A stretch of 64,000 nucleotides of DNA, taken from the NCBI GenBank assembly GCA_963789285.1, contig CAWBJZ010000002.1, positions 422,322 to 486,321 on the forward strand. The letters are read 5' to 3'. The position numbers and the translations under genes were made by a program. This document shows, in pieces, positions 54,365-64,000 of the stretch. The notes under the pieces are model-generated. The model had not been told where the DNA came from and searched no databases. It was given only the letters and a program-made list of their open reading frames with translations. Source of the stretch: Rubricoccaceae bacterium. Its GTDB lineage: Bacteria; Bacteroidota; Rhodothermia; Rhodothermales; Rubricoccaceae. Numbering within the stretch: the first letter of the stretch is position 1; every line of letters begins with the position of its first letter.

Positions 54365-56311
54365 CTAGGGCATCTCGCGGACCGTCACGAACGCCTCGAC
54401 GGCGTAGAACGACGGCAGGCCCAGGGCGTCCAGGGCCTCGGCCGTGCCCACGTTCCGGTCCCGGGCGCGCTGCCAGAACTCCCGGTCGTCGTAGGCGCCG
54501 GGGAAGAGCGCGCGGTCCTTCTGGCTCTCGTGCTTGTAGATGGCCTCGATCTTGAGGTCCAGCTCGGCCTTGGACAGCGGCAGGAAGGTGTCGGCGACGT
54601 CGATCTCCCACTCCTGCCACGCGCCCCGGTAGAGCCAAACGAGGGGGCGCGGGTCCTTCGACGTGTCGCCTTTGCGGCGGGCGGGCTTCTCCTCGGCGTC
54701 TGGCGCGTCGAACCGCTCGTTGTACTGGCGGAGCGCGCGGTCGATGGCCTGGTAGCACATCCGGTGCGTGCCGTGGGGGTCCGACAGGTCCCCGGCGACG
54801 TAGAGGTGGTCCGGCGCGAGCTCCTCCAGCAGCCCGAGCACGATGTCGACGTCGGCCTGGGAGACGGGGTTCTTGCGGACGAGCCCGGTCTGGTAGAACG
54901 GCAGGTCCAGGAACCGCGCCGACTCCGCGCCCAGCCCCACGACCTCGATGCCGGCGATGGCCTCGGTGTAGCGGATCGACGCCTTGATCCGCTGCACCTC
55001 GGGCGTGTCGATCTGGGCCGGCTCCTTGGCGTCGAGCCCGCTCAGGATCTCGTCCACGCGCGCCGTCACGGCCTCCCCGGACTCGGGCGCCAGCACGCCG
55101 CGCGTCATCTCGACGAACCGGAGGTGCCGCCGCACGTCGTCGTCGAAGACGGCCACGGAGCCGTTCGTCATGTAGGCCACCACGACGTCGTTCCCGTTCT
55201 CCGCGAGCGCGTGCAACATCCCCCCCATCGAGATCACGTCGTCGTCGGGGTGGGGGCTGAACACGACCACGCGCTCCTTGCGCGGCAGGCGGTCGGCGTA
55301 GACGACGCGCTGGCGCAGGTCCTCGAAGACCCTGCGGCACAGGGCGTCGGTGCCGCCCTCGACGTTCGCCAGCGAGTGCAGCCCGTGGCGGTGGAAGTCG
55401 CCGGCGTCCAGGCGCAGGATCGCCTTGCCGACCTCGCGCGACAGCCAGATCACGGCGCGCTTCGCCGCGGCGGGGTCCCAGTCCACCCGGCGGACCAGCC
55501 ACGGCGTCTTGACGCGCGTCAAGTCGGAGGCCGCGGCCTGGTCGACGTAGACGACGGCGTTGGGGTGGAGTTGGAGGTAGGTGGCCGGGACCCGGGGCGT
55601 GGGGTCGCCCTCGACGGCGCGGCGCACGATGGGCGCCTTGTGCTCGCCGGTCGCGATCAGGATCAGCTCCCGCGCGTCCAGGATCGTCCCGACCCCCATC
55701 GTGATGGCCTCCCGGGGGACGTACTGCTCCTCGAAGAAGTCGCTCGCGGCGTCCTTGCGCGTGATCTCGTCCAGGACCACGAGCCGGGTCCGGTCGGCGG
55801 GCGTCGCGCCGGGCTCGTTGAAGCCGACGTGGCCGGAGCGCCCGATCCCCAGCAGCAGCAGGTCGATGCCGCCGGCCTCGGCGATGGCGCGCTCGTACTC
55901 GGCGGTGTGGGCGGCGATCTCGTCGGCGGGGAGGTCGCCCCGGGGGATGTGGATCTGCGGCGCCGGCAGGTCGATGTGGTCGAAGAGGTTCTCCCGCATA
56001 AAGCGGTGGTAGCTCTGGAGCGCGTCCGGGGCCATCGGGACGTACTCGTCGAGGTTGAACGTGACCACGTTGGCGAACGACAGCCCCTCCTCCCGGTGCA
56101 TCCGGACCAGCTCCTGGTAGACGCCGATGGGCGTCGAGCCGGTCGGCAAGCCCAGCACCGCGGTCGCGCCGGCGGCGGCCCGGGCCTCGATCAGGGTGCG
56201 GACCTGGCGGGCGGCCTGGCGCGAGAGCTCGCTGGGCGAGGCGAACACGAGGACGGGCAGGCGCTCGGTGGTGTCGCGGGCACTGGGTCCAGTCGGCGGG
56301 AGGGCGTCCAC
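54365..56311 (-). CDS. nagB: Glucosamine-6-phosphate deaminase fused to a PIG-L-like deacetylase domain
   Basis: LGLPTGSTP, FNLDEY, GHVGFNEPG, then FSPHPDDDVISMGG, DPHGTH, HESQKD. Confidence 0.9.
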   Translation of the reverse strand: MDALPPTGPSARDTTERLPVLVFASPSELSRQAARQVRTLIEARAAAGATAVLGLPTGSTPIGVYQELVRMHREEGLSFANVVTFNLDEYVPMAPDALQSYHRFMRENLFDHIDLPAPQIHIPRGDLPADEIAAHTAEYERAIAEAGGIDLLLLGIGRSGHVGFNEPGATPADRTRLVVLDEITRKDAASDFFEEQYVPREAITMGVGTILDARELILIATGEHKAPIVRRAVEGDPTPRVPATYLQLHPNAVVYVDQAAASDLTRVKTPWLVRRVDWDPAAAKRAVIWLSREVGKAILRLDAGDFHRHGLHSLANVEGGTDALCRRVFEDLRQRVVYADRLPRKERVVVFSPHPDDDVISMGGMLHALAENGNDVVVAYMTNGSVAVFDDDVRRHLRFVEMTRGVLAPESGEAVTARVDEILSGLDAKEPAQIDTPEVQRIKASIRYTEAIAGIEVVGLGAESARFLDLPFYQTGLVRKNPVSQADVDIVLGLLEELAPDHLYVAGDLSDPHGTHRMCYQAIDRALRQYNERFDAPDAEEKPARRKGDTSKDPRPLVWLYRGAWQEWEIDVADTFLPLSKAELDLKIEAIYKHESQKDRALFPGAYDDREFWQRARDRNVGTAEALDALGLPSFYAVEAFVTVREMP

Positions 56312-56434
56312 GGGGGGGTCGGTGTCGGACCGGCAAGAAACGACTCGGGGAGGCGGGGCGGCGGGAAATCGCGAACGCTTGCGAGCTCCCCTTGTGTTGT
56401 ATCCTTCGCTCGCCTTCCACACCCTCCGGCCTCC

Positions 56435-59400
56435 ATGAGAATTGCCACCTTGACGGTCCTGCTGGCCGCCCTCGCCCTCCCCGTCGCGGCGCAGACCACG
56501 TACACGATCTCCGGCACGGTCGTCGAAGCCGGCACGGGCACGACCCTGCCCGGCGCCTCGGCCCTCCTCGGGGACACCCGCTTCGGCGCCGCCACCGACA
56601 TCGACGGGGAGTTCTCGTTCACGGCCACGGTCGACCCCGGCACCTACGAGCTCCGCGTCAGCTACGTCGGCTTCTCGACGCTCCGCCGGTCGGTCACGCT
56701 GGGCGCCAGCACGACCGTGGACCTCGGGCGGATCGAGCTCTCCGAGGACGCGCTCCGCTCCGACGAGGTCATCGTCTCGGCGACGGGCCTCCCCACCGAG
56801 CGCCGCCAGTTGGGCAACGCCATCGGCACCGTCGACGCGCGTGAGCTCCAGGACGTCGGGGCGACGTCGGTGGACCAGGTGCTGGCGGGCAAGGTGGCCG
56901 GCGCTGTGGTGTCCCAGAACTCGGGCGACCCCGCCGGCGGCGTCTCGATCCGGCTGCGCGGCCCCTCGACGGTGCTCGGTAGCGCCGACCCGCTCTACAT
57001 CATCGACGGCGTGATCGTCGACAACTCCGACGCCTCGCCCTACGACCTCGGGGGCAACTCCCAAAACCGCCTCGTGGACCTCAACCCCGAGGACGTGGCC
57101 CGCATCGAGATCCTCAAGGGGGCTAGCGCGGCGGCGCTCTACGGCAGCCGCGCCAACGGCGGCGTGGTCCAGATCTTCACCCGGCGCGGCCAGGACGGCG
57201 CGCCCCGGGTGTCACTCTCCACCACGGTCCGCACCGACGGCGTCCGCAAGACGCTGCCCATCAACCGGGCGACCACCGACCGGCCGCGGGGGACGGCGCC
57301 TGAGGCGAGCGCGACGCCCAACACCGTCGAGCGCTTCGACTACCAGGACGACATCTTCCAGCAAGCCGTCGGGACGGAGCAGTACCTCTCGATCAGCGGC
57401 GGCAACAACGGCACGACGTACTTCCTGTCCGGGGGGCACTTCGCCAACGAGGGCATCGTCCGGAGCACGCTGTTCCGCCGCCTCAACGGCCGCATCCGCG
57501 TCGGGCAGCAGTTCGGCTCGCTCATCAACGTCTCCGCTGGCGGCAACTTCACGCGGAGCCGGAGCAACGACGTGCCGAACGGGGGGCTCAACTCGGCCTA
57601 CGGCGCGCTGACCGGCTTCATCTTCGGCCCCAACACCGTCGACATCCAGCCGGACCCGGTGACGGGGGACTACCCGGACTTGGTCCAGCAGAACCCCCTC
57701 GACGTCATCGACAACTTCGACTTCAACCAGACGACGAACCGGTTCACGGGCGACGTCACGACCCGGCTGACGCCGGCGGAGGGCGTGGAGGCGTCGTACA
57801 CGCTGGGCGTCGACTCGTACTCGCTCAGTGGCCGCTCGCTCATCCCAGTCGGCTCGACGGCCAACGGCTTCAACGGCGGCGCGAGCCGGCGCTCGGACCG
57901 GAACGTGCTCGGGTTCAACAACGACTTCCGCGTCCGGTACCAGACCATGATCGGCGGCGCCTTCGAGTCGACGACGACGGCCGGCGCGTCGTCGGAGTTC
58001 AGGCGCGCCGACGTGTTCTCGTCGGCCACGAGCAACCTGTTCCCTGGCATCGAGACCATCGCGGGCGGGCGCACCCCGGTGTTCGCCGGCGAGGGCCGCA
58101 GCGAGTTCACGCTCCTGGGCACGTTCCTCCAGCAGACCGTCGGCATCGCCGACCAACTGTTCCTGACGGCCGCCGGCCGCGTGGACGCGTCGAGCGTGTT
58201 CGGGGAGGGGAACCGGACCAACTTCTACCCCAAGCTGAGCGCGAGCTACGACGCGGGATCGAACGCGGCCTACGCCCGGGTCAGCGAATCCGGCGCCTTG
58301 CCGTCGACGCTGCGCTTGCGCGCCAGCTACGGGGAGTCCGGCGGGCTGAGCGCCATCGACCCCTTCGACCGGTTCACCCGCTACCTCCCCGACGGCGCCG
58401 GCGGCATCAACAGCTCGCCGCTGCTGGGCCAACCCGACGTGCGGCCCGAGCGCCAGGCGGAGTTCGAGGTCGGCACCGACCTCGGGTTCCTGAGCGGGCG
58501 CCTAGGCATCGAGGCGACGTACTACACCCAGAACACCAGCGACCTGCTGCTCAACGTCCAGCTCCCGCTGACGTCGGGCTTCACCAACCAGCTCCAGAAC
58601 GTGGGCGAGCTGTCCAACAACGGCGTGGAGCTCTTGGTGCGGGCGCTGCCGGTCTCGACGCCGGCCTTCGGGTGGACCTCGACGGTGACGTTCGCGACCA
58701 ACAAGAACCGGATCGACCTCGACCCCACCGTCGACTACGACCCGGCGACATCGACCGTGGACCCGGACATCCTGATCCTGGGCAACTCGTTCGGGCTGGT
58801 GGCCGTCATCGACGACCAGCCGCAGGGCGTGTTCTACGGCTCGTCGTTCGCCCGCAACGCCGCCGGCGAGATCGAGGGCCTGGCCGTCAACCGCGCGACC
58901 AACCAGATCCTGCTCGACGCCAACGGCAACCCGACCATCGTGACGGGCACGCTCAACAGCGACGGCATCCTGATCGGGCCGGACGGCCTGCCGATCGTGC
59001 CCATCCGTGACGCCAGCCCCAGCATCATCGGGGACCCCAACCCGGACTTCACGGCCAGCTGGATCAACGAGTTCGAGGTCGGCAACCGGTTCTCGGCGCG
59101 CGTCCAGTTCGACGGCTCCTTCGGCGGCGACGTGTTCAACTTCACGCGGCGGCTGGCCTCGCTCCGGTTCTTCGGCGTCCTCGAGGACTACCAGAACGAG
59201 ATCGAGGGCGTGGTCCCGACCGGGTACTACCAGAACTCGGCCGTGCCCGGCCCGGACCCCCGCAACTACGGCGCCTTCGGCATCTTCGAGAACTGGATCG
59301 AGGACGGCACCTTCGTCAAGCTGCGCGAGCTCTCGCTCTCCTACCTCGTCCCGGCTGGCTTGGTGCGCGGGTTCGGCCTCCAGAACCTGCGCGCGACCGT

Positions 59401-59551
59401 CTACGGCCGCAACCTGCTCTCGTTCGACAGCTACTCCGGCTACGACCCCGAGACCAACGTCGCCGGCCAGTCGACCGGCGTCCGCGGCTACGACTTCGTC
59501 CAGGTGCCCATCCCGCGCACCTTCGGCGTCTCGCTCCGCGCCTCCCTCTAG
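56435..59551 (+). CDS. SusC/RagA TonB-dependent outer membrane transporter
   Basis: Signal peptide, N-terminal beta-sandwich, PLYIIDG, EILKGASAAALYGSRANGGV, DGTFVKLRE, YDPE. Confidence 0.93.
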   Translation: MRIATLTVLLAALALPVAAQTTYTISGTVVEAGTGTTLPGASALLGDTRFGAATDIDGEFSFTATVDPGTYELRVSYVGFSTLRRSVTLGASTTVDLGRIELSEDALRSDEVIVSATGLPTERRQLGNAIGTVDARELQDVGATSVDQVLAGKVAGAVVSQNSGDPAGGVSIRLRGPSTVLGSADPLYIIDGVIVDNSDASPYDLGGNSQNRLVDLNPEDVARIEILKGASAAALYGSRANGGVVQIFTRRGQDGAPRVSLSTTVRTDGVRKTLPINRATTDRPRGTAPEASATPNTVERFDYQDDIFQQAVGTEQYLSISGGNNGTTYFLSGGHFANEGIVRSTLFRRLNGRIRVGQQFGSLINVSAGGNFTRSRSNDVPNGGLNSAYGALTGFIFGPNTVDIQPDPVTGDYPDLVQQNPLDVIDNFDFNQTTNRFTGDVTTRLTPAEGVEASYTLGVDSYSLSGRSLIPVGSTANGFNGGASRRSDRNVLGFNNDFRVRYQTMIGGAFESTTTAGASSEFRRADVFSSATSNLFPGIETIAGGRTPVFAGEGRSEFTLLGTFLQQTVGIADQLFLTAAGRVDASSVFGEGNRTNFYPKLSASYDAGSNAAYARVSESGALPSTLRLRASYGESGGLSAIDPFDRFTRYLPDGAGGINSSPLLGQPDVRPERQAEFEVGTDLGFLSGRLGIEATYYTQNTSDLLLNVQLPLTSGFTNQLQNVGELSNNGVELLVRALPVSTPAFGWTSTVTFATNKNRIDLDPTVDYDPATSTVDPDILILGNSFGLVAVIDDQPQGVFYGSSFARNAAGEIEGLAVNRATNQILLDANGNPTIVTGTLNSDGILIGPDGLPIVPIRDASPSIIGDPNPDFTASWINEFEVGNRFSARVQFDGSFGGDVFNFTRRLASLRFFGVLEDYQNEIEGVVPTGYYQNSAVPGPDPRNYGAFGIFENWIEDGTFVKLRELSLSYLVPAGLVRGFGLQNLRATVYGRNLLSFDSYSGYDPETNVAGQSTGVRGYDFVQVPIPRTFGVSLRASL

Positions 59552-59569
59552 CCGCTGATCCCCCCTCCT

Positions 59570-60895
59570 ATGACTTCGATTCTCACGACCGGATCTCGGC
59601 GCGCCGCCCTCGCCCTGCTCACGCTGGCGGCCCCCCTGACCTCCTGCGACCTCTCGGTCCCCGACCCCAACTCCACGACCCAGGACGACGCGTTCAACAC
59701 GCGCGCCGGCCTGATCGTGGCGGTGACGGGGCTCGAGAACCAGTACAAGACCCAGGCTCTGAGCAGCTACCTGCTCACGACCGGCATCACGTCGCGCGAG
59801 CTGGCGGCCGACAACACGTTCGCCAACCTCCTCGACCTCGACATCGGGGGCGCCGGCCTCGCCAAGAACAACGGCAACGTGGCCGGCTACTTCCGCGAGA
59901 TGTACCAGACCATCTCGACGGCGACGGACATCATCGAGGGCGCGACCGGGGTCGAGAACGTCTCGCCCGAGCTGCGGGCGCGGTTGATCGCGACGGCCGA
60001 GTTCTACAAGGCTGCCGCGCTGGGCGCGCTCTCCATCGGGTTCACCGACGTCGCGCTCAACACGAACCGGACCGAGGCGGTGAGCTACGTCAGCCGCCAG
60101 GCCGGATTCGAAGAGGCCAACCGCTTGCTCGCTTCCGCCGAGGACCGGCTCGCGGGTGGCACCGAGGCCGACCTGCTCAACCGCGTGCGCGCCTACCGCG
60201 CTCGCTTCGAGCTGTTCGCCGGCAACCTCGAGGCGGCCTTGGCCGCCGCCAACCGCGTCGACCCCACGCGGCTGTCGGTCTTCGCCTACCAGGAGGGCGC
60301 CAACAACCCGCTGTACCAGGGCATCTCCCCCACCGTCGGCCAGCCCAGCTTCGCGGTGCGCGACAACCTCGGGCTCGGGGACGTGGAGCCGGGAGACGGC
60401 CGGATCGACTACTTCTCGGACCCCAACCCCGACACGAGCCCCAACGGGTTCGCCATCGAGACGGCCGCCGGCTTCATCGTCGGGCAGCCGTTCGCGCCGT
60501 CCGGCCCCACGGGCCCCCGCGGGTCGATCCCGGCGTTCGTCCCGGACGAGATGGCGCTGATCCGGGCGGAGGTGTTCGCCCGGCGCTCCCAGACCGCCGA
60601 CGCCGTGCGGGAGATCAACTCGGTCCGCCAGGACGCCGCCGACCCGCTCGGGCTGGTCCCCAACCTCGGCCCCTACACCGGCCCGACGGACCTCCAGAGC
60701 CTGCTCGACGAGATCTACTACAACCGCTCGACGGAGCTCTACCTCCAGGGCCTGCGCCTGGAAGACGCGCGCCGCTTGAACCAGGGCGCCCCGGGGACCG
60801 GCAACCCGTTCCAGCGGACCCGCAACTTCTACCCGTTCCCCGAGCAGGAGCGGCTGGCGAACCCCACCACGACGCCCGCCGACCCGGCGATCTAG
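59570..60895 (+). CDS. SusD/RagB nutrient-binding lipoprotein
   Basis: Lipobox LTSC, EMALIRAE, ELYLQGLRLEDARR, YPFPEQE; directly follows SusC. Confidence 0.88.
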   Translation: MTSILTTGSRRAALALLTLAAPLTSCDLSVPDPNSTTQDDAFNTRAGLIVAVTGLENQYKTQALSSYLLTTGITSRELAADNTFANLLDLDIGGAGLAKNNGNVAGYFREMYQTISTATDIIEGATGVENVSPELRARLIATAEFYKAAALGALSIGFTDVALNTNRTEAVSYVSRQAGFEEANRLLASAEDRLAGGTEADLLNRVRAYRARFELFAGNLEAALAAANRVDPTRLSVFAYQEGANNPLYQGISPTVGQPSFAVRDNLGLGDVEPGDGRIDYFSDPNPDTSPNGFAIETAAGFIVGQPFAPSGPTGPRGSIPAFVPDEMALIRAEVFARRSQTADAVREINSVRQDAADPLGLVPNLGPYTGPTDLQSLLDEIYYNRSTELYLQGLRLEDARRLNQGAPGTGNPFQRTRNFYPFPEQERLANPTTTPADPAI

Positions 60896-60958
60896 GCCCG
60901 ACTCCTGTTCCTCGTTCGGGGCCGGCTCTAGCAATGGGGCCGGCCCTTCCATTTCGAC

Positions 60959-61624
60959 ATGCAAGACCTCCCCGGCCGCCTGGTCCAGTCCTGGTCCGAC
61001 AACGCGGACGCCTGGACTCGGGCGGTGCGCGAGGGTGCCATCGCGAGCCGGGAGGCGGGCACCGACGCCGCCATCGTCGAGGCCGTCGTCCGCGGCCTGC
61101 CGCCGATGGGCAGGGTGCTCGACGTCGGCTGCGGCGAGGGCTGGTTGGTCCGCGCGCTTGACGCCGTCGGCCTCAGCGCCCGGGGCGTGGACGTGAGTCC
61201 TGGGCTGGTCGAGGCCGCCCGCCAGCGCGGCGGGGCGTTCGAGGTCCTGAGCTACCAAGACGCCGCCGCCGACCCCGACCGGCTGGGGGGGCCCGTCGAC
61301 GCCGCCGTGTTCAACTTCGCGCTGCTCTCCGACGACGTGACGGGCGTCCTGCGCGCCGCCACGAGCCGGCTGGACGGCGGCCGCGTGCTGATCCAAACGG
61401 TCCACCCCGCGACGGTATCGGCGCCGTACCGCGACGGCTGGCGCGAGGAGTCGTTCGACGCCTTCGGCGGGGGGTTCAGCCCGATGCCGTGGTACTTCCG
61501 GACGTTCGGGTCGTGGGTCCGCACCTTGGACACCGCCGGCTTGCGACTGGCGGAAGCCGCCGAGCCCGTCCACCCGGAGACGGAGGCGCCGCTGTCGCTG
61601 ATCCTGGTGGCCGAGGCGGCCTAG
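60959..61624 (+). CDS. Class I SAM-dependent methyltransferase
   Basis: VLDVGCGEG motif I. Confidence 0.85.
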   Translation: MQDLPGRLVQSWSDNADAWTRAVREGAIASREAGTDAAIVEAVVRGLPPMGRVLDVGCGEGWLVRALDAVGLSARGVDVSPGLVEAARQRGGAFEVLSYQDAAADPDRLGGPVDAAVFNFALLSDDVTGVLRAATSRLDGGRVLIQTVHPATVSAPYRDGWREESFDAFGGGFSPMPWYFRTFGSWVRTLDTAGLRLAEAAEPVHPETEAPLSLILVAEAA

Positions 61625-62649
61625 AGATCCAGGTCGTCCTCGGCCGCTTGGCGCTCGGCCTCCACGAACGGCCACAGCCGCTCTTTGAGCTGGTCGAGTC
61701 CGATCCGGGCGACGGCCGAGATCGGGACCACCTCGGTGCCGTCGGGGAAGCCGGCCGAAACCTCCTCGACCCAGGCGTCCGCCAGCTCGGGCCCGACGAT
61801 GTCCATCTTGGTCAGCGCCACCAGCCGGGGCTTGGACATCAGGTGGGGGCTGAAGGCGGCCAGCTCGTCCAGCAGCGTCTGATACCGTGCACCCGGCTCC
61901 TCGGAGTCGGCGGCGACGCAGAACAGCAGGACGGCGTTGCGCTCGACGTGCTTCAAGAACTGGTGGCCCAATCCGCGGCCTTCGGAGGCGCCCTCGATGA
62001 GCCCGGGGATGTCGGCGATCACGAACGACCGCCAGTCGCCCAGCTGGACCATGCCGAGGTTGGGCTCCAGCGTCGTGAACGGGTAGTCGGCGACCTTGGG
62101 CTTGGCCGCCGAGAGCGAGCTGACGAGCGTGCTCTTGCCGGCGTTGGGGAAGCCCACCAGCCCGACGTCGGCGAGCAGCTTGAGCTCGAAGATCACGTCG
62201 CGCTCCTGGCCCGCCTCGCCGGGCTGGGCGTAGCGGGGGGCCTGGCGCGTGGACGACTTGTAGTGCGTGTTGCCCTGGCCGCCGCGCCCGCCCTGGGCGA
62301 TCACGAACCGCTCTCCCTCGGCCACGATCTCGCCCAGCGACTCGCCGGTCCCGGCGTCGCGCACGACGGTGCCGAGCGGGACCCGGAGCACGATGTCGTC
62401 GCCGGCCTTCCCGGACTTGTTGCTGCCCTGGCCCGTCCCCCCGCTTTCGGCGAAGTGGTGGCGGTTGTACCGCAGGTCGAGCAGGGTGTAGAGGTGGGAA
62501 TCGCCCTCCACGATGACGGAGCCGCCCGCGCCGCCGTCGCCGCCGTCCGGGCCGCCGTTGGGCTCGTACTTCTCGCGGCGGAAGTGGACGCTCCCGGGTC
62601 CGCCCCGGCCGCTGCGGACGGTGACGGTGACGTAGTCGACGAACTTCAC
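61621..62649 (-). CDS. obgE: GTPase ObgE/CgtA
   Basis: FVDY, GGPDGGDGG, GFPNAGKS, YPFTT, DIPG, TKMD. Confidence 0.96.
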   Translation of the reverse strand: MKFVDYVTVTVRSGRGGPGSVHFRREKYEPNGGPDGGDGGAGGSVIVEGDSHLYTLLDLRYNRHHFAESGGTGQGSNKSGKAGDDIVLRVPLGTVVRDAGTGESLGEIVAEGERFVIAQGGRGGQGNTHYKSSTRQAPRYAQPGEAGQERDVIFELKLLADVGLVGFPNAGKSTLVSSLSAAKPKVADYPFTTLEPNLGMVQLGDWRSFVIADIPGLIEGASEGRGLGHQFLKHVERNAVLLFCVAADSEEPGARYQTLLDELAAFSPHLMSKPRLVALTKMDIVGPELADAWVEEVSAGFPDGTEVVPISAVARIGLDQLKERLWPFVEAERQAAEDDLDL

Positions 62650-62769
62650 GGGGGCGGAGGGCTGGGGAGAGGGAGGACGCGGGCCGTCCGGTCTTGAAGC
62701 ATACCCCGGGAGCCGAGCCGGCGGCATGAGACCTCCGCTAGCTTTGGCGCTCGCTACTCGCCCTGCCCT

Positions 62770-63243
62770 GTGCCCTCCGACCCCCGCCCCTCCGTCAACA
62801 TCTACACCGACGGCGCGTGCTCCGGCAACCCCGGCCCGGGCGGCTGGGGCGCGACGCTGCTCTACGGGGCGGAGCCCGACGTCATCCAGCGCGACCTCAA
62901 GGGCGCCGAGGCCGCGACGACGAACAACCGGATGGAGCTGCGGGCCGCGGCGGAGGCGCTGGAGGCGCTCAAGGAGCCTTGCCGAGTCCGCCTGCACTCC
63001 GACAGCGCCTACCTCGTCAACGCGTTCAAGGACCGCTGGATGGACGGGTGGGTCAAGCGGGGCTGGAAGAAGTCCGACAAGAAGCCGGTCCTGAACCGCG
63101 ACCTGTGGGAGCGGCTGATGGCCCAGGACGCGCGCCACGACGTGACGTGGGTCAAGGTCAAGGGCCACAGCGGCGTCCCCCTCAACGAGCACGTCGACGG
63201 GCTGGCCGTCGGCGCGATGCGGACGCTGATGGCCGAGAGCTGA
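62770..63243 (+). CDS. rnhA: Ribonuclease HI
   Basis: YTDGACSGNPGPGGW, TTNNRMEL, DSAY, KVKGHSG. Confidence 0.96.
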   Translation: MPSDPRPSVNIYTDGACSGNPGPGGWGATLLYGAEPDVIQRDLKGAEAATTNNRMELRAAAEALEALKEPCRVRLHSDSAYLVNAFKDRWMDGWVKRGWKKSDKKPVLNRDLWERLMAQDARHDVTWVKVKGHSGVPLNEHVDGLAVGAMRTLMAES

Positions 63244-63281
63244 CGCGCTAGCGGAGTCCGCCCGCCAGTGGGACGGGCTCG

Positions 63282-63905
63282 CTAGTCCGCGACCACGCGG
63301 CCGCGGCCGGACGTGGCCTCGACGAACGCGGCCCGGACCGCCTCCACCTCGGAGCGTCGCACGGCCAGCTCCAGCTCGGTCCCCTCCGCCGTGTGCGACT
63401 GGCGGACGAGCCGGGCGTCGAACTGGTCCAGGAGCCGCATGGCGGGCGCGGTGTCCGAGAACGCGAACGACAGCCGGACGGGCTCGCGCAGGACGACCCG
63501 GCGCTTTCTGGCAGCGTCGAGCGCGTCGCCGGCGGCTCCGCCGTAGGCGCGGGCCAAGCCCCCGACGCCCAGGTTGGTGCCGCCGTAGTACCGCGTCACG
63601 ACGGCGACGACGTGGTGCAGCGCGCGCCCTTCGATCTCGCGCAGGATCGGGGCGCCTGCCGATCCGCTTGGCTCGCCGTCGTCCGAGAACCGGGGCGCGG
63701 GCGCGTCCAGCCCGAGCCGGTACGCCCAGCAGTGGTGCGACGCTGAGTATTCGGCCTGGCGCACGCGCTCGACGACCGCCAGCGCGGCGTCGGCGTCGGC
63801 GACCGGCGCGACGTGGGCGAGGAAGCGCGAGCCCTTGGTCTTGGGGGGCTCGGCGTCGCAGGTGTCGGCCAGCGTTCGGTAGGTGTCCTCGGTCACGGGG
63901 GGCAA
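63282..63905 (-). CDS. IMPACT/YigZ family protein
   Basis: KGSRF, ASHHCWAY, SDDGEPSGSAG, VTRYYGG. Confidence 0.9.
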   Translation of the reverse strand: MPPVTEDTYRTLADTCDAEPPKTKGSRFLAHVAPVADADAALAVVERVRQAEYSASHHCWAYRLGLDAPAPRFSDDGEPSGSAGAPILREIEGRALHHVVAVVTRYYGGTNLGVGGLARAYGGAAGDALDAARKRRVVLREPVRLSFAFSDTAPAMRLLDQFDARLVRQSHTAEGTELELAVRRSEVEAVRAAFVEATSGRGRVVAD

Positions 63906-64000
63906 GAGATCGTAAGGGCAGGGTACGCCTGGCGAAGCGGGGCGGCCCCCCGTCCAGCGTTCGGCCGGCTGCGAGAGCGCTGCTCGGGACGCTCCGTCCT

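Noticed and set aside
53423-59551. 2042-aa giant SusC ORF
   Set aside because: The first ~1000 aa are the antisense shadow of dprA and nagB; the real start with signal peptide is at 56435.

Overview
High-GC (roughly 70-75%) chromosomal window. Gene content (SusC/SusD pair, NagB-deacetylase fusion, DUF3467, long TopA) and the C-rich, Shine-Dalgarno-poor leaders point to a Rhodothermota/Rubrivirga-like bacterium (inference). Most genes are housekeeping: icd, sucC, lon, rsgA, topA, serC, gcvT, ftsK, hisH/A/F, lolA, rlmB, lgt, hisS, rluD, dprA, nagB, obgE, rnhA. The main accessory feature lies at about 17.2-19.6 kb: a minus-strand integron cassette array with no integrase in the window. It has two 129-bp attC sites and one half site. 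One attC is split by an IS110/IS1111-type element with sub-terminal inverted repeats, a TTGACA-17-GATCAT promoter that forms only on circularisation, and a structured downstream non-coding region that is a candidate bridge/seek RNA. Other signals are two copies of a ~130-bp multi-hairpin repeat with compensatory changes, a strongly intergenic-enriched octamer CCGCCAGT/ACTGGCGG, a recurrent TA(G/C)CTT promoter-like hexamer, and frameshifts in seven genes that are most likely sequencing errors.
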